Source of the DNA: an uncultured Bacilli bacterium
GTDB lineage: Bacteria > Bacillota_I > Bacilli_A > RF39 > UBA660
Assembly: GCA_934086185.1 (NCBI GenBank)
Contig: CAKOHW010000003.1
Location: 69,155 to 133,154, forward strand
DNA: 64,000 nucleotides
Direction of reading: 5' to 3'
Shown here: positions 52,381 to 62,277 of the stretch, one piece after another
Position numbering within the stretch: the first letter of the stretch is position 1
Layout: each line of letters starts with the position of its first letter
The notes under the pieces: generated by a model
What the model was told of the DNA's origin: nothing
The model's input: the letters and a program-made list of their open reading frames with translations, nothing else
The model's database searches: none
Translations under genes and position numbers: made by a program

Positions 52381-53787
52381 ATGAAAAAATTAAAATATTT
52401 GTTAGTTATTAATGCAGTTTTCTTTGGAGCAATATTTAAAGCAAATGCTGCAAGTGCATCTTTAAGTGTAAATAAAAGTAGTGTAGAAAATGGAGGAACA
52501 GTAAGTGCTACAGCAACTTTATCTGGCACTGCAGCATGGAATGTTTCAATAACTAGTACTGGTGCTACTCAAGGTTGTAGTCAACGATTTGCAGATGCTA
52601 CTGGAGATGGAAATAATACTACGAAATATTTAACAGTAACATGTAAGGCTACTAGTGTTGGAATTATAAATTTTTCTTTAAGTGGAGATATTACGAGTAG
52701 TGATGGAAGCAATCAAAAAGTTAGTGATAGTAAAACAGTTAAAGTTGTTAAACCTCGTGAAAAATCTACAAATAATAATTTACAAAGTTTAAGTGTTGAA
52801 GGTTATGAAATATCACCTAAGTTTGATGCTAAAACTAAAGAGTATTCGGTTAATGTGCCTAATACTGTTGATAAAATCAAGATAATTGCTACTAAAGCTG
52901 ATGGTTATGCTAGTTTAAGTGGTGATGGAGAAAAAGAAGTAGAAGAAGGTGCTAATTTATTTGAAATTGTTGTAACTAGTGAAACTGGAGTTGCAAATCT
53001 TTATAAATTAACTGTTAATGTTGAAGATTTAAATCCTATTGAAGTTACAGTTGGTGATAAAAAATATACATTAGTAAAAAATCCTAAAAATTTAACTAAA
53101 CCTGATTTATTTACTGAAACTACAGTTACAATTGATGGTAATGAAATTCCAGGATTTGTTAATGAAAATACTAAATGTACACTAGTTGGTTTAAAAGATG
53201 AGAGTGGAAAAATATATTTATTTATATATGCAGATGGTAAATATACTCTATATAATGAATACAAAACTAACAATATGTATATAATGTTTTTAAAAATGGA
53301 AAATGTTCCTGCTCTTTATAAAAAATATAAACTTATGATAAATGATGAATATGTTGATGCCTATAAATTAAAAGGTGATAATAAAATATTAGTTTATGGT
53401 CAAAATATTGAAAGTGGCGAAAAAAATTATTATACATATGATAGAAAAGAAAAGACTTTACAAATATTCAATAAGAATGCATATGATAAGAATTATAAAG
53501 AAAATCAAAATATTAAATTGTTATTATATGGATTATCTATAAGTGTAGTATTATTTTTTATATTATTGATGTTAGTTAGTAGTAAATGTTCTAAACTTAA
53601 GAAGATGTTAATTTCTAAAAATACAGAAAAACGTGAAGAAAAAGAAACATTAGTAGATGATAAAAATAATATAGAAGAACAAAAAGATTTAGTAAAAGAA
53701 AATGATGAAGATATTGAAGAGATAGAAGAAGAATCATTTTTAGATGAGAAACCTAAGAAAAAAAGAAAGAATAAAAAAGTTAAATAG
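52381..53787 (+). CDS. Membrane-anchored surface protein with an N-terminal beta-sandwich module, a cadherin-like beta-sandwich domain, C-terminal TM and K-rich tail
   Basis: Signal peptide. Cadherin-like region NNLQSLSVEGYEISPKFDAKTKEYSVNVPNTVDKIKIIATKADGYASLSGDGEKEV. TM segment LLLYGLSISVVLFFILLMLV, then a KKRKNKK tail. RBS AGGAGGAAA. Confidence 0.5.
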   Translation: MKKLKYLLVINAVFFGAIFKANAASASLSVNKSSVENGGTVSATATLSGTAAWNVSITSTGATQGCSQRFADATGDGNNTTKYLTVTCKATSVGIINFSLSGDITSSDGSNQKVSDSKTVKVVKPREKSTNNNLQSLSVEGYEISPKFDAKTKEYSVNVPNTVDKIKIIATKADGYASLSGDGEKEVEEGANLFEIVVTSETGVANLYKLTVNVEDLNPIEVTVGDKKYTLVKNPKNLTKPDLFTETTVTIDGNEIPGFVNENTKCTLVGLKDESGKIYLFIYADGKYTLYNEYKTNNMYIMFLKMENVPALYKKYKLMINDEYVDAYKLKGDNKILVYGQNIESGEKNYYTYDRKEKTLQIFNKNAYDKNYKENQNIKLLLYGLSISVVLFFILLMLVSSKCSKLKKMLISKNTEKREEKETLVDDKNNIEEQKDLVKENDEDIEEIEEESFLDEKPKKKRKNKKVK

Positions 53788-53863
53788 TATTAAAATTATT
53801 TAACTTTTTTTGATATATATTGACGAACAAATGTATCTTTATTATAATTAGTTTAGGGATGGT

Positions 53864-54628
53864 ATGATGAAAATATTAAAATATAAAAAAGATAGAAATA
53901 ATACTTATAAAGTATATTTTGATGAAGATTTAATTATTAATTTGTATGATGATGTTATTATTAAGTATAATTTATTAACTTTAAAAAATATTTCTAAAGA
54001 GTTATTTGATGAGATTGTTAAATATAATTCATTTTTGGATGGTTATTATAATTCTATAAAGTATATTAATAAAAAGATGAGAACTGAAAAAGAAATAAGA
54101 AGGTATCTTAAAAAAAATGAAATTTGTGATAAAGATATTGATGAAATAGTTTGTTTACTTTATAAATCTGGTTATATTAATAAAGATGTATATATGAAAG
54201 CATATATTAATGATAAATATAATTTGAGTAATGTTGGACCATTAAAAGTTAAGAAAGAGTTAGTTGAACTTGGTTATAATGAAATAGACATAATTGATTA
54301 TTTAAATAGTTTAGATTGGAATTCTAGAATTAGTGGTATTGTAGATAAGAAAATTAAATTAAATCATAAGTTAAGTAACAATGCTTTAAAAACTAAAATA
54401 TTGAATGATTTAGTTAAATTAGGATACTCTAAAGAAAATGTGTTAGATTATTTAAATTTGGTTAATTTTAAGGGTGATAATGATATATTAATTAAAGAAT
54501 TAAATAGAGTAAAGAAAAAATATAGTTTTAAATATAGTGGAAATGAGTTAGAATATAAAGTGATAAGTTATTTATATAAAAAAGGTTTCGATATTGGTGA
54601 AATAAAGAGGTGTTATGATGAAAACTAA
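53864..54628 (+). CDS. recX: RecX-like regulatory protein
   Basis: Three tandem ~50-aa helical repeats of RecX type (EKEIRRYLKKNEICDKDIDEIVCLLYKSGYINKDVYMKAYI ...). Confidence 0.5.
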   Translation: MMKILKYKKDRNNTYKVYFDEDLIINLYDDVIIKYNLLTLKNISKELFDEIVKYNSFLDGYYNSIKYINKKMRTEKEIRRYLKKNEICDKDIDEIVCLLYKSGYINKDVYMKAYINDKYNLSNVGPLKVKKELVELGYNEIDIIDYLNSLDWNSRISGIVDKKIKLNHKLSNNALKTKILNDLVKLGYSKENVLDYLNLVNFKGDNDILIKELNRVKKKYSFKYSGNELEYKVISYLYKKGFDIGEIKRCYDEN

Positions 54629-54950
54629 GTATGAAAGATTAAGTAAAAAAGAACAAAAAGAACTTTTTTTAGAATATAAAGATGAAAAAGAAGAACTTGC
54701 TAAGAAAATGACTAGAAGTATTTTAATTACTAAGATAGCAGTTGTGTTGAGTGTATTTATGTTTTTATATGAATTTTTTATTACTAAAAGTTCTTTAGGT
54801 TATTGGACTGATATTGTAATATTTGTTTCATCTTTGTTTGCATTATTTAAATTTAATAGTATGAAAAAAGATTTATTAAATGATTATTTATTAAAGAAAG
54901 AAAAATTAAAAAAAGAAAAAGTTTTAAAGAAACACAAAAAAAAGGACTGA
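54615..54950 (+). CDS. Hypothetical small membrane protein
   Basis: 111 aa with K/E-rich ends and two TM helices; overlaps the recX-like stop. Confidence 0.35.
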   Translation: MMKTKYERLSKKEQKELFLEYKDEKEELAKKMTRSILITKIAVVLSVFMFLYEFFITKSSLGYWTDIVIFVSSLFALFKFNSMKKDLLNDYLLKKEKLKKEKVLKKHKKKD

Positions 54951-54959
54951 ATCCTTTTT

Positions 54960-55958
54960 TTATTTTGTTGTTGATGTTGTATTGTAGTAATTATATAGTG
55001 AATTCATATATTTGTTATAACTACTTTTTAATTCTGAATCTTCAATATTCATACCTTTTTCTTTTCTTAGTTCACCAATAGCAGTTATAGATATTGTTTT
55101 ATCATTTGTAGTTAATTCGTTGGCTAAAGTTTCAATAATACTATCTTTAACATCTTTTAATTCTTTTTTATCATATTCTTTAGTTTTTTTGATAATATGA
55201 TATCCGTATGATGATTTAACAGGTTCTTTAGTATATTCATCGACTTTTAATGCATAAGCTGCTGTTTCAAATGCTTCGTCCATTTCACCTTTATTAAATT
55301 TACCTAACGCACCACCTTTATCTTTTGTGGCATCGTCTTTTGAATATTCTTTTGCAAGAGTTGTAAAATCTTCACCGTTATTTAATTTTTCAATAACTTC
55401 TTCAGCTTTTTTCTTTGCTTTTTCTTCAGCCTTTGTTTTTTCTTCGTCAGTTGCACCATCTTTAACATCAACAGTTATTAATATATGACTTGCTTCAATA
55501 TCTCCAACTGTTTTAGTTTCATAATAATTTTCTATTTGTTTGTCTGTAATTTGTTTTTTTGCATAGTCTGTAGTTGCTAAATCTCTGTAATAATTTAATT
55601 TTATATATTCTTTAAAATCTTTTAAAGAATTATATCCATAATAACTTTGAATTGCATTTAATAATTCTTCTTCTGAATCATAATTTTTTTGTAATGATTT
55701 TACAGTATCTTCAGCATATTTTTTAGCGTCATCTTCTTTATTAGCATATTCTTTAAATAGTATTTCTTTATCAATCATATCTATTAAAATAGTTACTGCA
55801 TATCTATCTTTCATATTATCATAAAGACTATCAACACTTATACTATCTAATCCTTCAAAACTTACTACAGCATTTTCTCCATTTTTTAATTTTGAAACTT
55901 TTCCACATCCACATAACGTTAATGCTATTAAACTAACTAATATAATTTTCTTTTTCAT
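54960..55958 (-). CDS. prsA: Foldase PrsA (lipoprotein, parvulin-type PPIase)
   Basis: Lipobox LTLCGCG. PPIC domain IEASHILI ... GGALGKFNKGEMDEAFE ... SSYGYHIIKK. Start at the ATG with RBS AAGGAGGA (track ORF extends to 56012). Confidence 0.8.
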   Translation of the reverse strand: MKKKIILVSLIALTLCGCGKVSKLKNGENAVVSFEGLDSISVDSLYDNMKDRYAVTILIDMIDKEILFKEYANKEDDAKKYAEDTVKSLQKNYDSEEELLNAIQSYYGYNSLKDFKEYIKLNYYRDLATTDYAKKQITDKQIENYYETKTVGDIEASHILITVDVKDGATDEEKTKAEEKAKKKAEEVIEKLNNGEDFTTLAKEYSKDDATKDKGGALGKFNKGEMDEAFETAAYALKVDEYTKEPVKSSYGYHIIKKTKEYDKKELKDVKDSIIETLANELTTNDKTISITAIGELRKEKGMNIEDSELKSSYNKYMNSLYNYYNTTSTTK

Positions 55959-56078
55959 ATATCCTCCTTTATGAACAATTATTATTATAACTTGTCTATT
56001 AAAAAAATACAATAAAAATACTCACCAAAATCGATTTTTAACCATAAAATAAAGTGAGTAATGAAAAGGAGGGGTTTT

Positions 56079-56183
56079 ATGAACCACGGAGCTTGCCCTG
56101 GAACTAATAATGGTGTAGGCGCTGCTGCATTTATTTTAGTACTATTCATTTTATTAATTATCATAGTAGGGGCTTTTATATAA
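56079..56183 (+). CDS. YjcZ-family sporulation micro-protein (34 aa)
   Basis: Absent from the ORF track. RBS AAGGAGGGG. MNHGACPGTNNGVGAAAFILVLFILLIIIVGAFI matches the G/C-rich head plus FALIVVLFILLIIVG core of YjcZ-like peptides. Confidence 0.6.
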   Translation: MNHGACPGTNNGVGAAAFILVLFILLIIIVGAFI

Positions 56184-56195
56184 GGAGGTAAATTT

Positions 56196-56312
56196 ATGAA
56201 TAAAGCATGTTGCAGTAACAGTGCTACTAATGGTAATTTTAGTAATTTTTTCATAATTTTAGTTTTATTTATATTGCTAGCTATTATCGTTAGTGCTGTA
56301 TTTACTTACTAA
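56196..56312 (+). CDS. YjcZ-family sporulation micro-protein (38 aa), tandem paralog
   Basis: RBS TAAGGAGGT. MNKACCSNSATNGNFSNFFIILVLFILLAIIVSAVFTY. Confidence 0.6.
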   Translation: MNKACCSNSATNGNFSNFFIILVLFILLAIIVSAVFTY

Positions 56313-56336
56313 AGAGGGAAACCTCTTTTTTTAATA
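56313..56336 (+). terminator. Terminator after the YjcZ pair
   Basis: AGAGGGAAACCTCT followed by TTTTTTT. Confidence 0.6.
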
Positions 56337-56386
56337 GACTTTTTATTTTTTATTTAGTACAATTATTATAATAGAAGGTGAATAAT

Positions 56387-58129
56387 ATGTTTGGAGAATT
56401 ATTAGATATTTATGATAATTATGTAATAATAGAAAATAAAACTCATGTAATTGATTCTAATTATTTAAATATTCATGTAGTATTTAATGATACTAATAAA
56501 AAAGTAGTTGGAGAAATAGTTTCTATAGATAAGAATACTATTAAAATCTTATTAATTGGTGAGATTATTGATGATAAATTTGTTAATGGTATTGTTAGAA
56601 AACCTAATTTAAGTAATGGATGTAGAGTTATATATAAAAGTGAAGTTGAATTATTACTTGGCAAACAAGATTTAAGTAGTAATGAAAGTTTTTATATTGG
56701 AAAATCTTTAATATATGATGGATTTAATGTAACTGGTAATTTTAATAATTTCTTTTCTAATCATTTTGCAATAATGGGTAATACTGGAAGTGGAAAGAGT
56801 TGTTTTGTTGCTAGAATACTTCAAAATATATTTATGAATAGTAATAGTTTACCTAAAAGTGCACATATTGCTTTATTTGATGTATATGGTGAATATAATA
56901 AGGCATTTGTTGGTATGAATAATATTAATGGGATGGGATTTAAAAATTATTCTTCAAAAGTAGATATGAGTGAAGGTGAAATAATTAATATTCCTGCATA
57001 CTTTTTAAGTGTTGATGATTTGGCTTTACTTTTAAATGCTAGTAGTGCTAATCAATTGCCAATAATAGAGAAGACTTTGAAATTAGTTTATATATTTAAA
57101 AATACTGATGAAACTATTAGTAAATATAAAGATGATATTATTGCTGGTTGTCTTTTAGATATTTTAACTAGTGGAAGAAGTAGTACTCAAATTAGAGATC
57201 AAATAATTGCTGTATTAACTCGTTATAATACTCCAACATTAAATTTAGAAAGTGAAATAGCACAACCTGGTTATACTAGAACGATTAAACAATGTTTAAA
57301 TATTGATAATCAGGGAAAAATGAATTCTGTACAATATGTAGTTGATTTGTTAGAAAAATATAAAAAATTAGACTTAGGTGAAATAAATGGTATTCCTAAC
57401 TTTGTATATACATTAGAAGATATTTATTATGCTATGGAATTTGCATTAATTAGTGAAGGTGTACTTAAGAGTGATAAATTATATGATGAATATAATCAAT
57501 TAAAAGTTCGTTTACAACAAATAATAAATAGTGATTATAAACAATATTTTAAAGTTGGAGAATTTATTTCTAAGGGTGAATATGTAAGAAATTTATTTGG
57601 AAATGCTCAAATTATTAATTTTAATTTAAATAATATAGATGAAAGATTTACTAAGAAACTTGCTAAAATATATTCTAAAATATTTTTTGATTTTGCAACA
57701 TTTATTGAAGATAGAGGTAGTTATCCTATTCATATTATTTTGGAAGAAGCACATAGATATGTACAAAATGATACTGATACTAATATACTAGGTTATAATA
57801 TATTTGATAGAATTACTAAAGAAGGTAGAAAATATGGTGTATTACTAGGTTTAATTAGTCAAAGACCTAGTGAATTATCTATAACTGCATTAAGTCAATG
57901 TTCTAATTTTATAATACTAAGAATGTTTTATCCAGATGATTTGAATATTATAAAATCTATAACTAGTAATTTAAATGAAAGTACTTATGATAAAGTTAAA
58001 TCATTTTTACCGGGTAGTGCACTTGTGTTTGGTACTTCATTTATGACACCTTTATTAATAAGATGTGATTTACCTAATCCTATGCCTGAAAGTACAAGTG
58101 TAAATATTAGTAATATTTGGTATAATTAA
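56387..58129 (+). CDS. HerA/FtsK-like P-loop ATPase (DUF87 family), orphan
   Basis: N-terminal barrel-like domain. Walker A AIMGNTGSGKS, Walker B IHIILEEAHRYV (hhhhDEAH type), arginine-finger region LISQRPSELS. RBS GAAGG. No NurA, Sir2 or other known partner adjacent. Confidence 0.6.
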   Translation: MFGELLDIYDNYVIIENKTHVIDSNYLNIHVVFNDTNKKVVGEIVSIDKNTIKILLIGEIIDDKFVNGIVRKPNLSNGCRVIYKSEVELLLGKQDLSSNESFYIGKSLIYDGFNVTGNFNNFFSNHFAIMGNTGSGKSCFVARILQNIFMNSNSLPKSAHIALFDVYGEYNKAFVGMNNINGMGFKNYSSKVDMSEGEIINIPAYFLSVDDLALLLNASSANQLPIIEKTLKLVYIFKNTDETISKYKDDIIAGCLLDILTSGRSSTQIRDQIIAVLTRYNTPTLNLESEIAQPGYTRTIKQCLNIDNQGKMNSVQYVVDLLEKYKKLDLGEINGIPNFVYTLEDIYYAMEFALISEGVLKSDKLYDEYNQLKVRLQQIINSDYKQYFKVGEFISKGEYVRNLFGNAQIINFNLNNIDERFTKKLAKIYSKIFFDFATFIEDRGSYPIHIILEEAHRYVQNDTDTNILGYNIFDRITKEGRKYGVLLGLISQRPSELSITALSQCSNFIILRMFYPDDLNIIKSITSNLNESTYDKVKSFLPGSALVFGTSFMTPLLIRCDLPNPMPESTSVNISNIWYN

Positions 58130-58130
58130 T

Positions 58131-58153
58131 ATAGATTTAATCTATATTTTTTT
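58131..58153 (+). terminator. Terminator after the HerA-like gene
   Basis: ATAGAT TTA ATCTAT followed by ATTTTTTT. Confidence 0.55.
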
Positions 58154-58221
58154 ATAAGTTAGATGATGAAGTTATATTATTAGAAATAATATCTTTATTA
58201 ATTTTCATTAATTACACTAAA

Positions 58222-58250
58222 TAAAAAAACTGCATTATGCAGTTTTTTCT
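58222..58250 (-). terminator. rpmB terminator (bidirectional hairpin)
   Basis: AAAAAAACTGCA TTA TGCAGTTTTTT; the rpmB stop codon lies in the loop. Confidence 0.65.
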
Positions 58251-58432
58251 GTTGTTTCAATTTTCTTTTCAGCTTTTCTCATTGTTCTTGCTTCTCTAGC
58301 ACTCATAATAACTTTTTCACCATTAATTGTGAATGTTTGTAAATTAGGATTACGACGTTTTTTAGTAGCATTTAATGCATGAGAACGAGTATTTCCGAAT
58401 AAAGGTTTTTTAGTTGTAACTTTTGTTGCCAT
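58235..58432 (-). CDS. rpmB: 50S ribosomal protein L28
   Basis: 65 aa; FGNTRSHALNATKKRRNPNLQ matches the L28 core. Confidence 0.8.
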   Translation of the reverse strand: MATKVTTKKPLFGNTRSHALNATKKRRNPNLQTFTINGEKVIMSAREARTMRKAEKKIETTEKTA

Positions 58433-58541
58433 ATTTGTCCCTCCTTAATAAGAATTCTAGTTGAGTTTATCATATAAAAAAGCAAAAGTCAAATAGAAAT
58501 TATAGAATAAATAGTATATAATGTATATAGAGGTGTATCAT

Positions 58542-61385
58542 ATGGAATATATTAATCTAGGTATTGTGTTAGATTATACATTATTAAATAGTTTAATTAC
58601 TGTAGATAAATTAATTAATTATGCTAAAAATAATGATATTAAATCTCTTGGAATATTAAATAATAATTTGTATAGTACTATGGAATTTTATAAGAAATGT
58701 AAGAGTAGTAATATAAAACCTATAATTGGTTTAATACATAGTATTGATAATAAAGAAATATATTTATATCCTAAAAATAAATTAGGTATGATTGATTTAT
58801 TTAATGATAGGTATGATAGTGATAATTTAGTATGTGTTGTTCCATATGAAAATAAAGATGTATTTAGTGGGTTAGAATTTAGTGATAAGTTTATATCTTA
58901 TAAAAATGATGATGAATTAAAGAATGCTTTGTTAATAACTAGTAATGTGGTTTCTTTAAATAAAGTGTATAGTTTAAATATTGAAGATGTAAAGTATGTA
59001 AATTATTTACATATGATAGATAAAGGTATTACAATTAGTAATTTTAATTTTAATGATTATAAAGATAATGTTATTAGTTTGTATCATAATGATTTTGATA
59101 AGAGTAATACAAATATATTTAGTAATTTGATAGATTTAGATTTGAGTGATAATAGGAAATATATTCCTAAGTATATAGAGAATAGTTATGAATATTTAAA
59201 GAGTTTATGTATTAAGGGACTTAATAAAAGATTAAATAATAATGTTAGTGATATTTATAAGAAACGTATGGTATATGAATTAAATGTTATTAAAAATATG
59301 GGATATGTTGATTATTTTTTAATAGTTTTTGATTATGTAAAGTATGCTAAGATGAATGATATTATGGTTGGTCCTGGAAGAGGGAGTGCGGCTGGTAGTT
59401 TGGTATCTTATAGTTTGGGAATTACTGAAATTGATCCTATAAAATATGATTTATTGTTTGAAAGATTTTTAAATCCAGAACGTGTTACTATGCCTGATAT
59501 TGATATAGATTTTGATGCTAGTAAGAGAAATAGAGTAATAGAATATGTTGTTAATAAGTATGGTAGAGAAAATGTATCTAATATAATGACTTATAGTACA
59601 CTGAGTAGTAAACAAGTTTTGAGAGATGTATCTAAATGTTTAGAAATAGATTTAAAAATTATTGATAAATTATGTTCTTATGTTGAGGCTAAAGTATGTT
59701 TAAAAGATAATTTAAATAAAAATGTTAATAATATGTTAGAACAATATAGTAATTTAAAGAATGCATATTTTATTGCTATGAAGTTAGAAGGTTTAAAAAG
59801 ACAAATTGGTACTCATGCTGCTGGGGTTGTAATAAGTAGTGAAAAGTTAACTAATTTAATTCCTGTAATTAAAGGAGATACTTATTTGACTGGGTATACT
59901 ATGGAATATTTGGAAGAATTAGGTTTACTTAAAATGGATTTTTTAGCTATAAAAGATTTAAGTATTTTGAGTAGTATAATTAAATCTATAGAAAGTTTGT
60001 TAGGAAGAAAAATAAATATACATAGTATTCCATTAGATGATAAAAAAACATATCAAGAATTTAGTAATGCTAATACTAGTGGTGTTTTTCAATTTGAAAG
60101 TACTGGTATGAAAAATTTCTTATCTAAATTAAAGCCTAATTGTTTTTGTGATTTGGTTGCAGCTTTAGCATTATTTAGACCTGGTCCTATGGGGAATATT
60201 GATACTTATATTCTTCGTAAAAATGGAGAAAAATTTGATTATATAGATAAAAGTTTAGAAAGTATATTAAAACCTACTTATGGCATTATTATATATCAAG
60301 AACAAATTATGCAAATTTTATCTAAGATGGCTAATTATAGTTTTGCTAATAGTGATTTAATAAGACGTGCTATAAGTAAAAAGAAGCTTAATATTATTGA
60401 GGCTGAAAAGAGTAAGTTTATAGATAATTCTATAAAGAATGGTTATAGTAGAAATGTAGCTGAAGAGGTTTATGATTTAATAGTTAAGTTTGCTAATTAT
60501 GGTTTTAATAAATCTCATTCAGTTGCTTATGCTCTTGTTGGATATGAAATGTGTTTTTTAAAAACTCATTATCCTATATATTTTTATACTTCTTTATTAA
60601 ATTATAATATGGGTAGTGATATAAAAACTAAAGAGTATTTGGAATGTTTAAAAAAACTTAATATAGATATTGTTAAACCAGATATTAATTTATCTTCAAA
60701 TAAATATCAAGTAATTGATAATAAATTGTTATTACCTTTTAATATAATAAAGAATGTTGGTACTAATGTTAGTGATTTAATATCAAGTGTACGTGGGGAT
60801 GGATTTAAAGATTATTTTGATTTTGTAAAGAAGGTTAATTTAAAAAGTATTGGTAAAAAAACTATTGAATTACTTATTATGGCTGGATGTTTAGATTCAT
60901 TCAATCTTACTAGAAAAACAATGATTTTAAATTTAGATGATGCAATAGATTATTCTGAATTATCAAGTGGTTTAGATGATTCTTTGATTACAGTTCCATT
61001 AATTAAAAAGTATGATGAATATAATAATAATGAGTTAGTTAATAAAGAAAAGGAATTATTTGGATTTTATTTATCTAATCATCCAGTAATAAAATATAAT
61101 AATAAAATTAAGTTGATAGATATTAATAAGTATTTTGATAAGATTATTAATATATGTGTTTATGTAGAAGAAATAAGAAAAATAAAAACTAAAAATAATG
61201 ATGATATGGCATTTTTAGTTTGTAGTGATGAAACTTGTAGTATTAGTTTTACTGTTTTTCCTAATAAATATTATATGATTGATGATATTAAAGTTGGTGA
61301 TATAGTTATGATTGTTGGTAAAGTAGAAAAGAGATATGATAAGTATCAAATATTAGTTAATGAAATTAAGAAAGTAGAAGAATAA
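58542..61385 (+). CDS. dnaE: DNA polymerase III alpha subunit DnaE, short form with degenerate PHP domain
   Basis: Collinear with DnaE (IKPIIGL, catalytic palm GPGRGSAAGSLVSYSLGIT, PDIDIDF aspartates, fingers, C-terminal OB fold). Start at the ATG with RBS GAGGTG. The PHP HxH, E/D and H residues are replaced (INLGIVLDYTLLNS). Only about 947 aa. Confidence 0.85.
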   Translation: MEYINLGIVLDYTLLNSLITVDKLINYAKNNDIKSLGILNNNLYSTMEFYKKCKSSNIKPIIGLIHSIDNKEIYLYPKNKLGMIDLFNDRYDSDNLVCVVPYENKDVFSGLEFSDKFISYKNDDELKNALLITSNVVSLNKVYSLNIEDVKYVNYLHMIDKGITISNFNFNDYKDNVISLYHNDFDKSNTNIFSNLIDLDLSDNRKYIPKYIENSYEYLKSLCIKGLNKRLNNNVSDIYKKRMVYELNVIKNMGYVDYFLIVFDYVKYAKMNDIMVGPGRGSAAGSLVSYSLGITEIDPIKYDLLFERFLNPERVTMPDIDIDFDASKRNRVIEYVVNKYGRENVSNIMTYSTLSSKQVLRDVSKCLEIDLKIIDKLCSYVEAKVCLKDNLNKNVNNMLEQYSNLKNAYFIAMKLEGLKRQIGTHAAGVVISSEKLTNLIPVIKGDTYLTGYTMEYLEELGLLKMDFLAIKDLSILSSIIKSIESLLGRKINIHSIPLDDKKTYQEFSNANTSGVFQFESTGMKNFLSKLKPNCFCDLVAALALFRPGPMGNIDTYILRKNGEKFDYIDKSLESILKPTYGIIIYQEQIMQILSKMANYSFANSDLIRRAISKKKLNIIEAEKSKFIDNSIKNGYSRNVAEEVYDLIVKFANYGFNKSHSVAYALVGYEMCFLKTHYPIYFYTSLLNYNMGSDIKTKEYLECLKKLNIDIVKPDINLSSNKYQVIDNKLLLPFNIIKNVGTNVSDLISSVRGDGFKDYFDFVKKVNLKSIGKKTIELLIMAGCLDSFNLTRKTMILNLDDAIDYSELSSGLDDSLITVPLIKKYDEYNNNELVNKEKELFGFYLSNHPVIKYNNKIKLIDINKYFDKIINICVYVEEIRKIKTKNNDDMAFLVCSDETCSISFTVFPNKYYMIDDIKVGDIVMIVGKVEKRYDKYQILVNEIKKVEE

Positions 61386-61436
61386 ATAATATAATAAAAT
61401 AAAAAAACTGTAAACTTTTTAGTTACAGTCTTTTTA

Positions 61437-62039
61437 TTATCTATTATAGAATTCAACTATTAGTGATTCATTAATATCTGCGTTTAGTTCATTTCTTTCT
61501 GGTAATCTTAAATAAGTTCCAGTTAATTTTTTATTATCAAATTCTACAAAAGCAGGTGTTTTGATATTTAATTCAACAGTATTTAATATTGCTTTATGTT
61601 CCATTGAATTTTCTTTAACAGATATTACATCACCAGGTTTACAAGTATAACTTGGTATATTTACTTTTTTACCGTTTACTAAAATGTGTCCATGGTTAAC
61701 AATTTGTCTTGCACCACGTCTTGTAGTAGATAATCCCATTCTATATACTAAGTTATCTAATCTACTTTCTAGTAATCTTAAGAAGTTTTCACCAGCGATA
61801 CCTTTCATTTTAGAAGCTTTATCAAAAGTTCTTCTAAATTGTTTTTCGTTTAATCCATACATAAATCTAACTTTTTGTTTTTCTTGTAATTGGATACCAT
61901 ATTCACTTATTTTTTTACGACGACTTGTTCCATGAATACCTGGAGCATATGGTCTACGTGCTAAGTCTTTTCCATTTTCTAATGTAGAAAAACCAAGTCT
62001 ACGAGATTTTTTGTATGCAGGACCTGTATATCTTGACAT
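61437..62039 (-). CDS. rpsD: 30S ribosomal protein S4
   Basis: [17 protein letters not shown]-terminus and an S4 RNA-binding domain. Confidence 0.95.
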   Translation of the reverse strand: MSRYTGPAYKKSRRLGFSTLENGKDLARRPYAPGIHGTSRRKKISEYGIQLQEKQKVRFMYGLNEKQFRRTFDKASKMKGIAGENFLRLLESRLDNLVYRMGLSTTRRGARQIVNHGHILVNGKKVNIPSYTCKPGDVISVKENSMEHKAILNTVELNIKTPAFVEFDNKKLTGTYLRLPERNELNADINESLIVEFYNR

Positions 62040-62232
62040 ATTAATCTCCTTTCTTTAAATTACTTAAAGACATTTTAAATTATTAATAGGGTGTTATTTA
62101 TTCTTTCACTTTGGCAGCAAGCTACTAGAAGCTAGAAATAAACACATTACTAATATTTAAAATAAACTGCCATCAAGCAATCAATATTATACAGTAAATT
62201 ATATATTTGTCAAATCATTTTTATTAAATTAC

Positions 62233-62262
62233 TTTACAAAAAAGAATATATAGTGTTATAAT
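62233..62262 (+). promoter_or_regulatory. Extended -10 sigma-A promoter for the rimP-nusA operon
   Basis: TTTACA (62233-62238), an 18-nt spacer, then TGTTATAAT (62254-62262). Confidence 0.45.
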
Positions 62263-62277
62263 ACATTTGACAGATTT

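Noticed and set aside
55985-56254. 89-aa minus-strand ORF overlapping the prsA start and the YjcZ region
   Set aside because: No RBS. It is antisense to two micro-ORFs that have perfect RBSs and conserved YjcZ-like sequences.
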